Source of the DNA: a virus
Taxonomy: Duplodnaviria; Caudoviricetes
Direction: 5' to 3' (one strand)
Length of the DNA stretch: 64,000 bases
IMG/VR virus record: IMGVR_UViG_3300020577_007794
The translations under genes were made by a program, and so were the position numbers. Below the pieces are notes generated by a model. That model worked only from the letters and a program-made list of their open reading frames with translations, had not been told where the DNA came from and ran no database searches. Positions 1 to 9,800 of the stretch are shown here, one piece after another (within the stretch, counting starts at the first letter, position 1; the number at the start of each line of letters is the position of its first letter).

Positions 1-1
1 T

Positions 2-79
2 GAGGTATTGAGAGTTCTGGTGGAATGTGTGATAGATAATGAAATAATGAGTATTTCATTTGCTGCTCAAACAAGATAG
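2..79 (+). CDS. 3' end of an upstream gene (partial)
   Basis: Open frame from the window edge (EVLRVLVECVIDNEIMSISFAAQTR) ending TAG at 77-79. Confidence 0.5.
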   Translation, partial: EVLRVLVECVIDNEIMSISFAAQTR

Positions 80-81
80 CC

Positions 82-90
82 CTCTATTTG
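82..90 (+). promoter_or_regulatory. CTCTATTTG motif copy 1, candidate late promoter
   Basis: Same 9-mer at 14565, 32526 and 38301, each just upstream of a structural module. Confidence 0.6.
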
Positions 91-105
91 AACGAAAAGA
101 TAATA

Positions 106-1014
106 ATGTCCAACCTTCCAACACTTAATGAGGATACTCAATCTAATACTAACCCTTATGATTTCTTCAATGAGGTGTACAAATTAGTTGAGCCTTATTT
201 TGTAAACAAGTACAATCTCCAAGTGTTGCAACAATTTCCTACCACAACTTGTGATGGTCCTTCTATAACATGGAGAATACTGTCAAGAGTCCCTGGTGGT
301 GGAAAGAGTGGCCATTTACAGGCTACAGGCCCTTCATATTCTCATCCAAGAAGTAATGATGAATTTGGGCAGTTCACAGAAATTTATACACAGCACCACA
401 AAATAATTTATGAATTTGCGCTATTTAGTACATCTAATGCAGAAGTGAATGAATTAGCTTGGGATTGGGAACAAGCTCTACTTAATGTTATAGGTCCGTT
501 ACAGATTAAATTTCCTGGATTGACTATGGCATTTGACAGTCAGTACTCTGACGGAGCTTTATCTTGGAGAACTCAGGATGAACTAATGATGCGGACTCTG
601 AGATTCCAAGTTGTTCTTCCAATTAGGTACAAGCATATCTTGAAGGAACTCAGAACAGTGATTATTAATCCTATAATCCACTCTAAGGGTTCAACAACAG
701 GACGTGTGGTACGACAGGCAGGGGATAACAACCTCTATTTTATAAGTAACGCCCCTAGTGGTTGTTTAGCTTATAGTATCTCTGTAGTACAGAGACAGAA
801 AATTTCAGAACTTGATCCTGTTATGCTAACCGCTGGTGTTGATTACAGAATCAGGAGAAGAAAGGATAGATCAGTTTATGTGGAGTGGATCCCTGAAGGT
901 GCCCCGCCTTCTGTCGGAGACGCATTCTGCATTTATTATACTTATGGGCCTGGACACACAGGTAGAGCAATTAGCGGGGCAAATGCTGTAGGAGATATTT
1001 TGGTTAATGACTAA
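106..1014 (+). CDS. tail terminator/neck-like virion protein
   Basis: Directly upstream of the sheath gene; C-terminal GVDY...VEW...P..GD...IYY beta motif common in tail proteins; ATG at 106 preferred over the TTG at 88. Confidence 0.55.
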   Translation: MSNLPTLNEDTQSNTNPYDFFNEVYKLVEPYFVNKYNLQVLQQFPTTTCDGPSITWRILSRVPGGGKSGHLQATGPSYSHPRSNDEFGQFTEIYTQHHKIIYEFALFSTSNAEVNELAWDWEQALLNVIGPLQIKFPGLTMAFDSQYSDGALSWRTQDELMMRTLRFQVVLPIRYKHILKELRTVIINPIIHSKGSTTGRVVRQAGDNNLYFISNAPSGCLAYSISVVQRQKISELDPVMLTAGVDYRIRRRKDRSVYVEWIPEGAPPSVGDAFCIYYTYGPGHTGRAISGANAVGDILVND

Positions 1015-1070
1015 GTTATCTTCTTCACGACCCGCATCTCTTATAAAACAGGAGCTTAATTAAACAGCCA

Positions 1071-2852
1071 ATGTACGCAGGAACTATATTTACAACTATA
1101 GGCGGCAAGATCAAGCAGATCGTTCAAGGCCCTACCACAGAAACACTTCTGATTATTGGTACGGCTCAGGACGGCCCTCTCAACAAGCCTGTTCGCATCG
1201 AGGATGCGGCTCAGGCTGAGAGGATCTTTGGTCCCGCCAAATATTCAGCAGAATTTCTTGATCCCAACACTTCGACGGAATCAGGCAAGCCCGCTGGTGC
1301 CACTATTCCTCTAGCCATCTCTCAAGCTTTGGCTGCAGGAAACAGATCTTTGTACGCAGTTAGGGCTGCTGGCACTTTTGCTACAGGGACACTTGGTACC
1401 TCAGGTCTTCTTTACTTTAGGTCGCTAAACCCAGGCCGACTATACAACCAAGCTACAGTAACAACCAGTCTTTCTGGTGGTATGTTCATTCTTTCTTTAG
1501 GTCAGCCTAAGAGAAAGGGTGGCACTGTCGAACTCATTAGAGAAGTTGCTTCCACTACTACTCTATCAGAATTGATGGATAAGATTAATGGTACAACGAA
1601 GAATAAGGTAGCTAGTGTTAGCAGAACTCTTTCTGTTGCACAAAACTACATGGCCTACACACTGGATACCCTAGCAGTAGGTATGACAGGAACGGTTACA
1701 CTTTCTGGTGGAACCAATGGCTGCTTCGCTAAGGGTGACGACTACGGTCCAGAATTGATGACATCAGCTGGGTCCGGTCTTGCTGGTTTTGCTAGAGCTC
1801 TTGTTGGAACAATGGATGATGATGGTTTTAGCGGAACCTTCGAAACCCTTCAAGATGACGAATTTAACGCAGATATCATCGTTCTTGATGGAATTTGCGT
1901 TGACGACCAGATCTATACAACTGGAAACGCAGCAACTAACGGTTCGTACACTATAGCTGCTGACTTTTCTGATTTTATTGACAGGCTATCAACAGACACA
2001 AACCCATGTCACGGTATTATCGCAACTAGGCTCCATAATCTGACAGAAGCTAGTGACCTTGTTAACTATGTTAACAACAACCTTCTAGCTACAGATTTTG
2101 GATACTACGATCAAGGTAAGAAGTGGCTTAAGTCTGGTCCATTCCTTCTGAACGGAAGGCTTCGAGCAGATGCTATGGGCGGTGTTAAGGACCTTTTCAC
2201 CAACATTTCAGTCTGTGCTGGACCAGGTGTTGTGTACAATCACCCAGATATGGGCGGTGACTACATCTACAACTTCCACGTTGGCTACGCAGCGTTGCTG
2301 ACAACTATTCCACCGGAAAGATCTGCAACGTTTGTTAAGATTCCAGGTGTTAGAGCCTACGGAACTCCATACCCAGCTTCAGCAGCTAGAAAGCTTCTGG
2401 ATGGTGTTGGTGCCAACTTAGCTAACAACACTCCTGGTAAGGGTGCCTACGTTATTCTCTCCAGGGATCCAAACTCAAGAGGAAATACAGCTCCGCTTAT
2501 TGTTTGGGATGACCCAACTGCAGCTGCTAGAGACGACGTATTCAGAAACTACCAGACACTGCACCTTGTTAACTCAGTCCACAAAGACCTCAAAGCTGTT
2601 CTGTTCCCATTCCTTGGTGGACCGACTTCAGCAGGTGTCTTGGCTACAATGGAAGCCGCAGCACAGAACGTTCTTGACGGCTACACAAACAGTCAGGCAC
2701 TTAGAGGTGGAAAGGGGCAGGGTTACACATTCAAGATAACTATGGATGGTACTGATATGGATCTCGGTACTGCCAACGTTTTCGTTGAACTTGTACCAGC
2801 TACCTCACTTCGAAGGATTAACTTCATCGTATCCGTGAGACGAGGCGGCTAA
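1071..2852 (+). CDS. contractile tail sheath protein
   Basis: N-terminal LIIGTAQDGPLNKPVRI...FG, LSGGTNG, and C-terminal VELVPATSLRRINFIVSV are sheath-like; 593 aa. Confidence 0.9.
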   Translation: MYAGTIFTTIGGKIKQIVQGPTTETLLIIGTAQDGPLNKPVRIEDAAQAERIFGPAKYSAEFLDPNTSTESGKPAGATIPLAISQALAAGNRSLYAVRAAGTFATGTLGTSGLLYFRSLNPGRLYNQATVTTSLSGGMFILSLGQPKRKGGTVELIREVASTTTLSELMDKINGTTKNKVASVSRTLSVAQNYMAYTLDTLAVGMTGTVTLSGGTNGCFAKGDDYGPELMTSAGSGLAGFARALVGTMDDDGFSGTFETLQDDEFNADIIVLDGICVDDQIYTTGNAATNGSYTIAADFSDFIDRLSTDTNPCHGIIATRLHNLTEASDLVNYVNNNLLATDFGYYDQGKKWLKSGPFLLNGRLRADAMGGVKDLFTNISVCAGPGVVYNHPDMGGDYIYNFHVGYAALLTTIPPERSATFVKIPGVRAYGTPYPASAARKLLDGVGANLANNTPGKGAYVILSRDPNSRGNTAPLIVWDDPTAAARDDVFRNYQTLHLVNSVHKDLKAVLFPFLGGPTSAGVLATMEAAAQNVLDGYTNSQALRGGKGQGYTFKITMDGTDMDLGTANVFVELVPATSLRRINFIVSVRRGG

Positions 2853-2873
2853 TTTTAGGAGAAATTAAAAGAA

Positions 2874-3671
2874 GTGGCACAAAATCCTTTTTCTAGATAC
2901 GCCTACGCAGAGTACAAATCCAACCAGATTACAACTCCAAGTCAGTACACACTGCCTGAAGAGAATCTGCAGGTTTTTGCTGGCTGCGACCTACACGCAT
3001 ACATTAACAATACGAAGGTTGGAAACCTGGAATCAGTTACCTGGACAGTCTCTACGGAGGCTGTAGGTAACTACGTAATGGGTCGAAGAAACCCGGTTGC
3101 AATTGTAACTGGTAAGAGACTTATTGTTGGTTCAATGGTTTTTGCTCAGTATGACAGACACGCCATCCTTCAGCAAGTCTTCAGACTTAAGGAAAGAGGT
3201 ATTGAAACTGTCTCCCAGCTTTGGGATGCTGACTTGTCAACTCAGGCTGTGAATAACAGAATCGAGAACACAGCTAATGCTGTTAAGAGTCTTGGTTCTG
3301 CTAACAAACAGGGCCAGAGTCCGAGAATTGAGTACACCTACAACAACATGAGGGGTCTGACACAAGAACAGTACTACACTCAGTTGTCTGATCAGGTTCG
3401 CTACACTTCTCAGCTTGTTGGTGCTTACAGAGTTGAACACACAGACCAGCTACCTCCTTTTAACCTAACTCTTGTTGGTGTTAACAAGGCTGGTGCAGCT
3501 GCTAAGTTGACAATCTTTGGAATGCAGATCACACAGGAAACTGGTGGCTACTCGCAGAACGATATGGGTACAAACGTTGGTGTTTCATACTACGCTATGA
3601 ACATTTCACACCTTGAACCTCTTAACGAAGATACTGCAAATAGCTTCTACCCTGGCTCCCTACCTTCCTAA
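2874..3671 (+). CDS. tail tube protein
   Basis: Follows the sheath gene; AGGAG upstream; FAGCD...GKRLIVGSMVF...DQLPPFNLTL tube-like motifs. Confidence 0.75.
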   Translation: MAQNPFSRYAYAEYKSNQITTPSQYTLPEENLQVFAGCDLHAYINNTKVGNLESVTWTVSTEAVGNYVMGRRNPVAIVTGKRLIVGSMVFAQYDRHAILQQVFRLKERGIETVSQLWDADLSTQAVNNRIENTANAVKSLGSANKQGQSPRIEYTYNNMRGLTQEQYYTQLSDQVRYTSQLVGAYRVEHTDQLPPFNLTLVGVNKAGAAAKLTIFGMQITQETGGYSQNDMGTNVGVSYYAMNISHLEPLNEDTANSFYPGSLPS

Positions 3672-3736
3672 CTAAGTTAGGACTGACAATTAAATACCTT
3701 TGATGGCAGTACAGGAGACTGCACTAGTTTAAGTCC

Positions 3737-4675
3737 ATGGCTGACGAACCAATCACTAACAGAGACACAATAAAGCGTACTCCCCGAACAGACTCAAGAA
3801 GTTTTGTCTGGGCTAGAGATAGGAAAGTACCAAAAGACTTCTCAGGTGCTAAGGATTTATCCTTTGCCAATCTTCATGCTTACGCTGTAATTCCCGCAAG
3901 GATTGCTGGAAAGATACAGATGGCTGAAGTTGAACTGCCATCACTGACCCTTGTCGGCCTGTCTACACACCGGGATACTTTTCCTGTTGTGTCGTCAGGC
4001 CGTCGTGGTATTAAGGGCTTCACAACTGGACACGCAGTAGTTGCTGGTTCTCTTGGATTCACCATAACTGATGAAGCCCCTTTTGCTCCACTTCTCAGGG
4101 CATACGCAACCTATATAGGTAATGCAACTTACGCTGAGAGTTTTATGCCAAATGAACTTCCCCCATTTGATCTTGTTTGCGTATTTAAAGATGACAAGAT
4201 AAGAGATGGGGCCATGGGGTTTAAAATTAGTGGAATTAAGATTCTTGACAGCTCAACTGTTATAGGGGTTGATAATTTAGTCATCAACTACACCTACTCA
4301 TTTATGGCTATGAGAGTAACGGAAATGATGAACTTAGACCAAGTTCAAATATCCTATGAAGAGAATCCTAACTATATAAATCAGGACAGAGTAAGTAGGA
4401 GATCTAATCCCCCCAGGTTAAAACTTTCCTTTAACTGGGTTAGCAGCAACTCCGATACCTTCGAAAACTACGATTTTGGTTTCAATGACGACATAGTAAC
4501 TATCCCAGATGATGAAGATTCTTCCTCAGATAGTGACTATGAGTTCGGCATTATATCAGCAGACCCAGGAGTCAACAGATCTCTAAGTGGTTCAAGTGGT
4601 GCTGCTACAGCTGCAGACTCAGGCAGCAGCACTGATTTAGGGGCAGCGGCCCCAGGAGCTGTTTATCCATGGTAG
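3737..4675 (+). CDS. tail tube-fold paralogue with acidic low-complexity C-tail
   Basis: GFTTGHAVVAGSLGF and NELPPFDLVC match the motifs in 2874..3671. Confidence 0.65.
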   Translation: MADEPITNRDTIKRTPRTDSRSFVWARDRKVPKDFSGAKDLSFANLHAYAVIPARIAGKIQMAEVELPSLTLVGLSTHRDTFPVVSSGRRGIKGFTTGHAVVAGSLGFTITDEAPFAPLLRAYATYIGNATYAESFMPNELPPFDLVCVFKDDKIRDGAMGFKISGIKILDSSTVIGVDNLVINYTYSFMAMRVTEMMNLDQVQISYEENPNYINQDRVSRRSNPPRLKLSFNWVSSNSDTFENYDFGFNDDIVTIPDDEDSSSDSDYEFGIISADPGVNRSLSGSSGAATAADSGSSTDLGAAAPGAVYPW

Positions 4676-5514
4676 ATTCATCTTACGGCAGGTCTTCTTT
4701 TAACTACCCACAAAATCCTCTCTCAGGTGAGGAATGGAGTATTGTTGATAGATTTGATTCCAGCTATTGGAGTGGAAGGGAGGTTGTTTATTACTTTGAC
4801 AATGTAAGACTAGATGAAGTAATACAGCTTTCCTACCAAGTAGTTGAGAGAGCCACACCATTCTACGGCTACGCCAGTTATGTAGCTGATGTCATTGTTC
4901 ACGGTCAACGACTAATAAGTGGGGAAATTACCATGAACTTTAAGCGGGATGGCTATATTTTCAGCCTTCTTAACCTTCTCAGAAGTGAAGATCCTGGCTC
5001 AATCTGGGCAAACTTAGGGCAAGCTTCCGACCAGACAGGTAAGAAAACAGATTGGGGTAACAATACCTCCCCTTCCGCAGCAGCAGCTTCCCTTAAGTCG
5101 GGGAGCCTTAGCCCAGCGCAGTTGAAGAAGGTTGTTCAGGAAAGATACCAACAAGAGATTGGTTCTGGTTCTGCCAGCAACTATCCTTCTGTAGTAGAGA
5201 CAGCAGGTGGCCTTTATGCTACAAGGAAAAAAGGTTTTGACATCAATATTATATTTGGAGCAGATCTTAGAAGTGAACTTGCTCTACGATATGATGGGAA
5301 CTCCGGGGCATACGCTGATATTATCAGAGTACCCTCAGAACAAGTGACTGATAACATTGCTACTGGTGTAAAGATTATTGGGGCTAGTATTTCTGGTAAG
5401 GGTAGAACTATTTCTGATGATGGTAGACCTGTAGCAGAAACTTTCACTTTTACTGCTAGAGATCTCGTTATACTGAACCCTGAAGATATTGACTCCCAAA
5501 GTATTTCACCTTAA
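4669..5514 (+). CDS. tail tube-fold paralogue (tube initiator-like)
   Basis: YWSGREV...LSYQV...PFYGY...GQRLISGEITMNF...FDINIIFG...ETFTFTARD. Confidence 0.65.
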   Translation: MVDSSYGRSSFNYPQNPLSGEEWSIVDRFDSSYWSGREVVYYFDNVRLDEVIQLSYQVVERATPFYGYASYVADVIVHGQRLISGEITMNFKRDGYIFSLLNLLRSEDPGSIWANLGQASDQTGKKTDWGNNTSPSAAAASLKSGSLSPAQLKKVVQERYQQEIGSGSASNYPSVVETAGGLYATRKKGFDINIIFGADLRSELALRYDGNSGAYADIIRVPSEQVTDNIATGVKIIGASISGKGRTISDDGRPVAETFTFTARDLVILNPEDIDSQSISP

Positions 5515-5525
5515 GGTAAATTTCC

Positions 5526-6215
5526 ATGCACAGAAAAGGCAAAATTACAGAAAAAGAAATTACAGAACTAAAAAGAGCGTGGCCAGGTGTGCCTTTGTTT
5601 AAGTTCGCTCTCCCTCAAGCACCGAATGATGAGTTTGTGTGCAGCACAATTTCTACTAAAACAGCTGGAAAGATTGCTGTTCTACGCGATGATGCTGCTA
5701 GGCAAAATAAACCTATCCCAGTTGACGATATTAATAGAAAGCTGTACGATGAGTGTGTTTTTTGGCCAAGTTTGACTCTCGAAGAAATCGAAGGTCTGCC
5801 AGTAGGTGTTATTCCGAGTCTATGTAAGATAGTTCAGGAAAGATCTGGTTATATAAGCATTGACATTCATGGAAGAATCTTGGCACCAGACTTCTCTTCC
5901 ACTAACGTAGCACCTTTCCCAGGTTGGGGAGATATATCCAAGGAAGAACTAGAAGAAGTCAAGAAGATTTTTCCGTACTCTCTTTATAGAGTTAAGCTCG
6001 AGCACTTAGTCTTTCTTATCAGACCTATGACTAGAACAGACCTCAGGATATCTATGCAAGCAGTAGATGATCAGATATCTTTGATTAAATCAATCACTGT
6101 TTGGCCTAAGGAAGTTGACTGGGAAAACATGCCGTCTGGTTGGATTGAAACACTAGGAAAAGTAGCAACTGAGATTAGTGGTTGGGAAGCTAACGTTTCT
6201 GTAGAAGAAATCTAA
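5526..6215 (+). CDS. tail assembly chaperone with two tandem domains
   Basis: Lies between tube and tape measure; internal duplication (ITEKEITELKRAWP / ISKEELEEVKKIFP; FWP..LPVG..SGY / VWP..MPSG..SGW). Confidence 0.65.
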   Translation: MHRKGKITEKEITELKRAWPGVPLFKFALPQAPNDEFVCSTISTKTAGKIAVLRDDAARQNKPIPVDDINRKLYDECVFWPSLTLEEIEGLPVGVIPSLCKIVQERSGYISIDIHGRILAPDFSSTNVAPFPGWGDISKEELEEVKKIFPYSLYRVKLEHLVFLIRPMTRTDLRISMQAVDDQISLIKSITVWPKEVDWENMPSGWIETLGKVATEISGWEANVSVEEI

Positions 6216-6219
6216 GAGA

Positions 6220-6792
6220 ATGAATCTCGATAGAAGATATAGATGGTTTAAGGTAAATCTTCTTGGACCTAATCGGGAACGAAAAGATTACGTCTTTAGG
6301 GGGATGACTTCTGGAGAACTAACCATTGCTGGCTCTAAAGAGGGGGAGTTTGAAGCTGAGAGCTTTATTCTCTCCCAATGCGTTGTAAATTACAACGAAG
6401 ACATTGAATGGGCTGGAACTTCTAAGACTCTCTATGATCTGATAATGAACATATCAGGTCTAGATGAGGATTGTAGAACTCTAAGGGAAGCACAGAAATG
6501 GATGCATCACGAAGAGGGTAAATATGAAGCTGTAGCTATTTCTATGATACCCAGCTGTACCCCAGAGATAATGAGAAATTGTGACCCCAGTGATAGAGCA
6601 AAATATCTTCTTCTTGGCAAGTTTATGTTTACATCAATTTACGGGAAAGAAGTTGATGAATTGTTTGGGGAAGCTGCTACAGCTCCTAACAATCTAGAAG
6701 ATGCGTTCTTTACAAATCCTGAAGTGCCTACTCCAGGAAGAAATGAAAAAGTTACTTTTGTAGAAGGTGGCTTCAATTGGAAGAAGTCATAG
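6220..6792 (+). CDS. second tail assembly chaperone
   Basis: YVFRGMT...AG...L...I..ISG resembles the domains of 5526..6215; directly precedes the tape measure. Confidence 0.55.
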   Translation: MNLDRRYRWFKVNLLGPNRERKDYVFRGMTSGELTIAGSKEGEFEAESFILSQCVVNYNEDIEWAGTSKTLYDLIMNISGLDEDCRTLREAQKWMHHEEGKYEAVAISMIPSCTPEIMRNCDPSDRAKYLLLGKFMFTSIYGKEVDELFGEAATAPNNLEDAFFTNPEVPTPGRNEKVTFVEGGFNWKKS

Positions 6793-6801
6793 TAACGGAC
6801 A

Positions 6802-9800
6802 ATGTACCATAACGAGAAAGGTGAAGGGTTTACCGGTAAATTAGCAACCTTTGCTACTTTTGCAGGAATAACCGCAATAGCTCTAGGCTCCGCTCCTACA
6901 ATTGGGCGGAGCCTAGGACGTATTGGTGTATCACTAGCAAAGGATATTGCTGATAATCCTAGCATGTTTAAGTCAGTTCTAGGCCATGGTTCAGGCCTGA
7001 ACGAATCTAAACATGTTTTCTCAGATGTCTTCAACTTCATAGCAGATGAGCTTCCAAGATTAGATAACGTAATATACAGTGGTAATGCTCACACCACTAG
7101 AATGGAATCCATGCTTGACTCGTTAGCTTCTCATGTAGATGAAGCTAGTCAAGATATATTTAAATCAAAGAGGGGTGAAATTGGGGACGCTCTGCATAGT
7201 TTGGTCAAAGGTGTTGAAAAAGACAACATTGATAAACTTATGTCGGACACCCTTTTTAACAGATTTATAGAATCTTCTCAAGGGGTCCAATTCAAGTTCA
7301 TGGACCAAAAAGCTGCCACTGCTGGGGAGAAGATACTCAAGCAAAGACAGGAACTCACCCAAATCTTATCAGGTGCGTTGGAACGTGCAGAAACTGCGAG
7401 ATTCACAGCTAGTAGAACCTCAAAACAAATACTTAATACTGACAACAATCTGAATGTTGTCATGGATGCAGTCCACTCACATGTTGATCAATTAGAATCT
7501 ATAGGTTTAAGAAATCACCGGTGGATGGGTGATCAAGGGTTGACAAGACTCACAATTGGTGACATAACTATGGGTGGTGATGCTCATGATGCAGTAACTG
7601 AGTATCTCAAAAAGATTGGGGTGGATCATGAATACCACGGTAAAGCCCACCAATCACTTTTAGGGTTCATGGATGAACTAGATTTTAGTACCCTTGGTGC
7701 CAACGCAAAGTCAGATCTTATCTCTAAAATACACTCCCTAGATAGTGGGCTTGTTATGGATAAAGGGGGTAAGGTCTTTTCTATGGCCCACCCATTTAAC
7801 ATAGCAAAGGCCACTGCCTCTAGAACCTTACAAAATTTCCAAATACCACTAGTTCCAGGTGTCTTTAATATTCCAGGAACCCTTGGTAAATTCATGGCAC
7901 CAGATCTCGAAGGTATTAAATACCTTGGTAAAATGGGTATGCAGGGTGAGTTGAGAAGGGCTGGGGCGTTGTCTGGTCTCTCAGAAGATGCGTTTGGTGT
8001 AGCAATTGGTGACAGACTTATTGCCTTTGATGGTGATACAGCAAAGCATATAAATATAAAGGCCAACTTTATTAACACCTCTGCCTCAGAACATGCTAAA
8101 GAATTCGCTAGAAGTAGGGGTCAGGATGTTGAAGATCTTTTCGGTTCGTTTAAGGATTCTGTTGATGATGATGGAATTCTAAAAGCTGCATGGAATTACG
8201 TAAAGAAGAACGACGAACATTCTCACACCTTCCTTCAAAAAACATTGTTCGGTAGACAGAATGAGCTTTTTGACTTAGCATATACTGACAATGGGTTCAC
8301 ACTAGTTCCAAAAAATAATATTGGGGATGCAGGTGTGGCGGCAGCTCTTCATTCTGTCGGCAAGCTATCTGGGCTTGACTCTTCGGCCATAAACCCAATT
8401 TTGATGTCACGGTTCTTGGAGAACGGTGGGGTAGAAAATCTTCCTGGTTCAGCTTTACAAGATGCCTACAGACAGGTTTTCACACATGCATCAGCAGCAA
8501 ATGTTGACAGCAGTGCTTTTCTTAAACAAGCTGCTGATAAACTAAATTTCGATTCGTATGGTGAGTATGGCTCCCAGATTCAAGAACTGCTTAAAAACTC
8601 TAATGACCCAGCAGCTTTGCTTCATGCCATCACTACAGATAGCGGTAATGGCAGTCTTTTAGATAACTATAGCACCATCTCAAAGAACATCTCTCCAGAA
8701 TTATCAAGAGCTATAGCTGCAGTTGGGGAAAACAGTGATAGGCTTATGCAAATTGGTCCTAACCCTTCGGGACTGTTTGATAAGCTGAGAGATGGTGTAA
8801 TAGGTACAGACACACTTTCATCTCTCCACCTTCAGTTGCAGAAAGGTTTGGTTTCAGAAACTGTTCGACTTTCTGGTATTAATGAACTCACAACTCTATC
8901 AGGAAAGTCTCTCAATGAAACCTTAGACATACTGCACACCAACTCTGACCCTGCCTTAAGAAGAGCAGTCGCAGAAAAATTAGGATTAAAGTCATCATCT
9001 GATATTGGCTCTATAATTGACACCCTTAAAGAGGGGTTGGGAAGTGACACTTATGGAGATATTGGAAGACTTGTTTCTCCTATGGCGGATTTTGAGTCCC
9101 TGTTCGGAATGTCAAACGAACCTCTTGTTAAGGCTAAAATAGCTGAAGCAGCTAGAGTAGACTCTGTACTGGCAGCATATTACAGCAAGAATTACGAATC
9201 TCATAGTAAGATCATGGAAGGGTTGGCAAGGGGTGCCAATGTATCTGAGGCTGTGGCTAAGAGATTTGGTCTAGGTGGCGCAAACTTTACACCGGCAGAG
9301 TTTGATAATGTTCCTAAATTCTACGCTACAATCAAGACAGGTGATTTTGGGCCAGTGGAGCCTGGGTTTGGTTTCCTAAATCAACTAAAAGATTATGCCT
9401 CCAGTATAAATGCAGGTAGTTTTGCTCGTGGACTAGTTGACCCTAACGAGCCTATGTCTCACGCAGGGTTTGTGACTAATATTCTAATGCACATGCCTCA
9501 ATCTGTAGGTAATGCTGTAGGGCTTGGTCTTAGTTCACAAGAAGGTTTAACAGTAGGTAGATCTGTAGCAGGATTTGCTGTAAAAAGAGTTCTCCCTGCT
9601 TTTGTAGCATTAGAGATTTACAAAAACTACAATGCAGACATGCACAATATGGGTATGCCTGGTGTTGATGATATGGCTGGCAATGCGTATGCTAATGTAG
9701 GTTTAGCAAAAGCCAGAGTATTCGATGCTTTAGGTTTGACTGGTGCTTTAAAAGGATTAGTTGGAGCAGTGCCAGGTCTTGACCAATACGGCCACCCTAA

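Noticed and set aside
3706-3722. GCAGT-ACAGGAG-ACTGC hairpin as a terminator
   Set aside because: Only a 5-bp stem and no U tract; at most it modulates the RBS in its loop
6190-6225. Programmed frameshift between the tail chaperones
   Set aside because: No XXXYYYZ slippery site seen before the stop; the downstream gene has its own ATG
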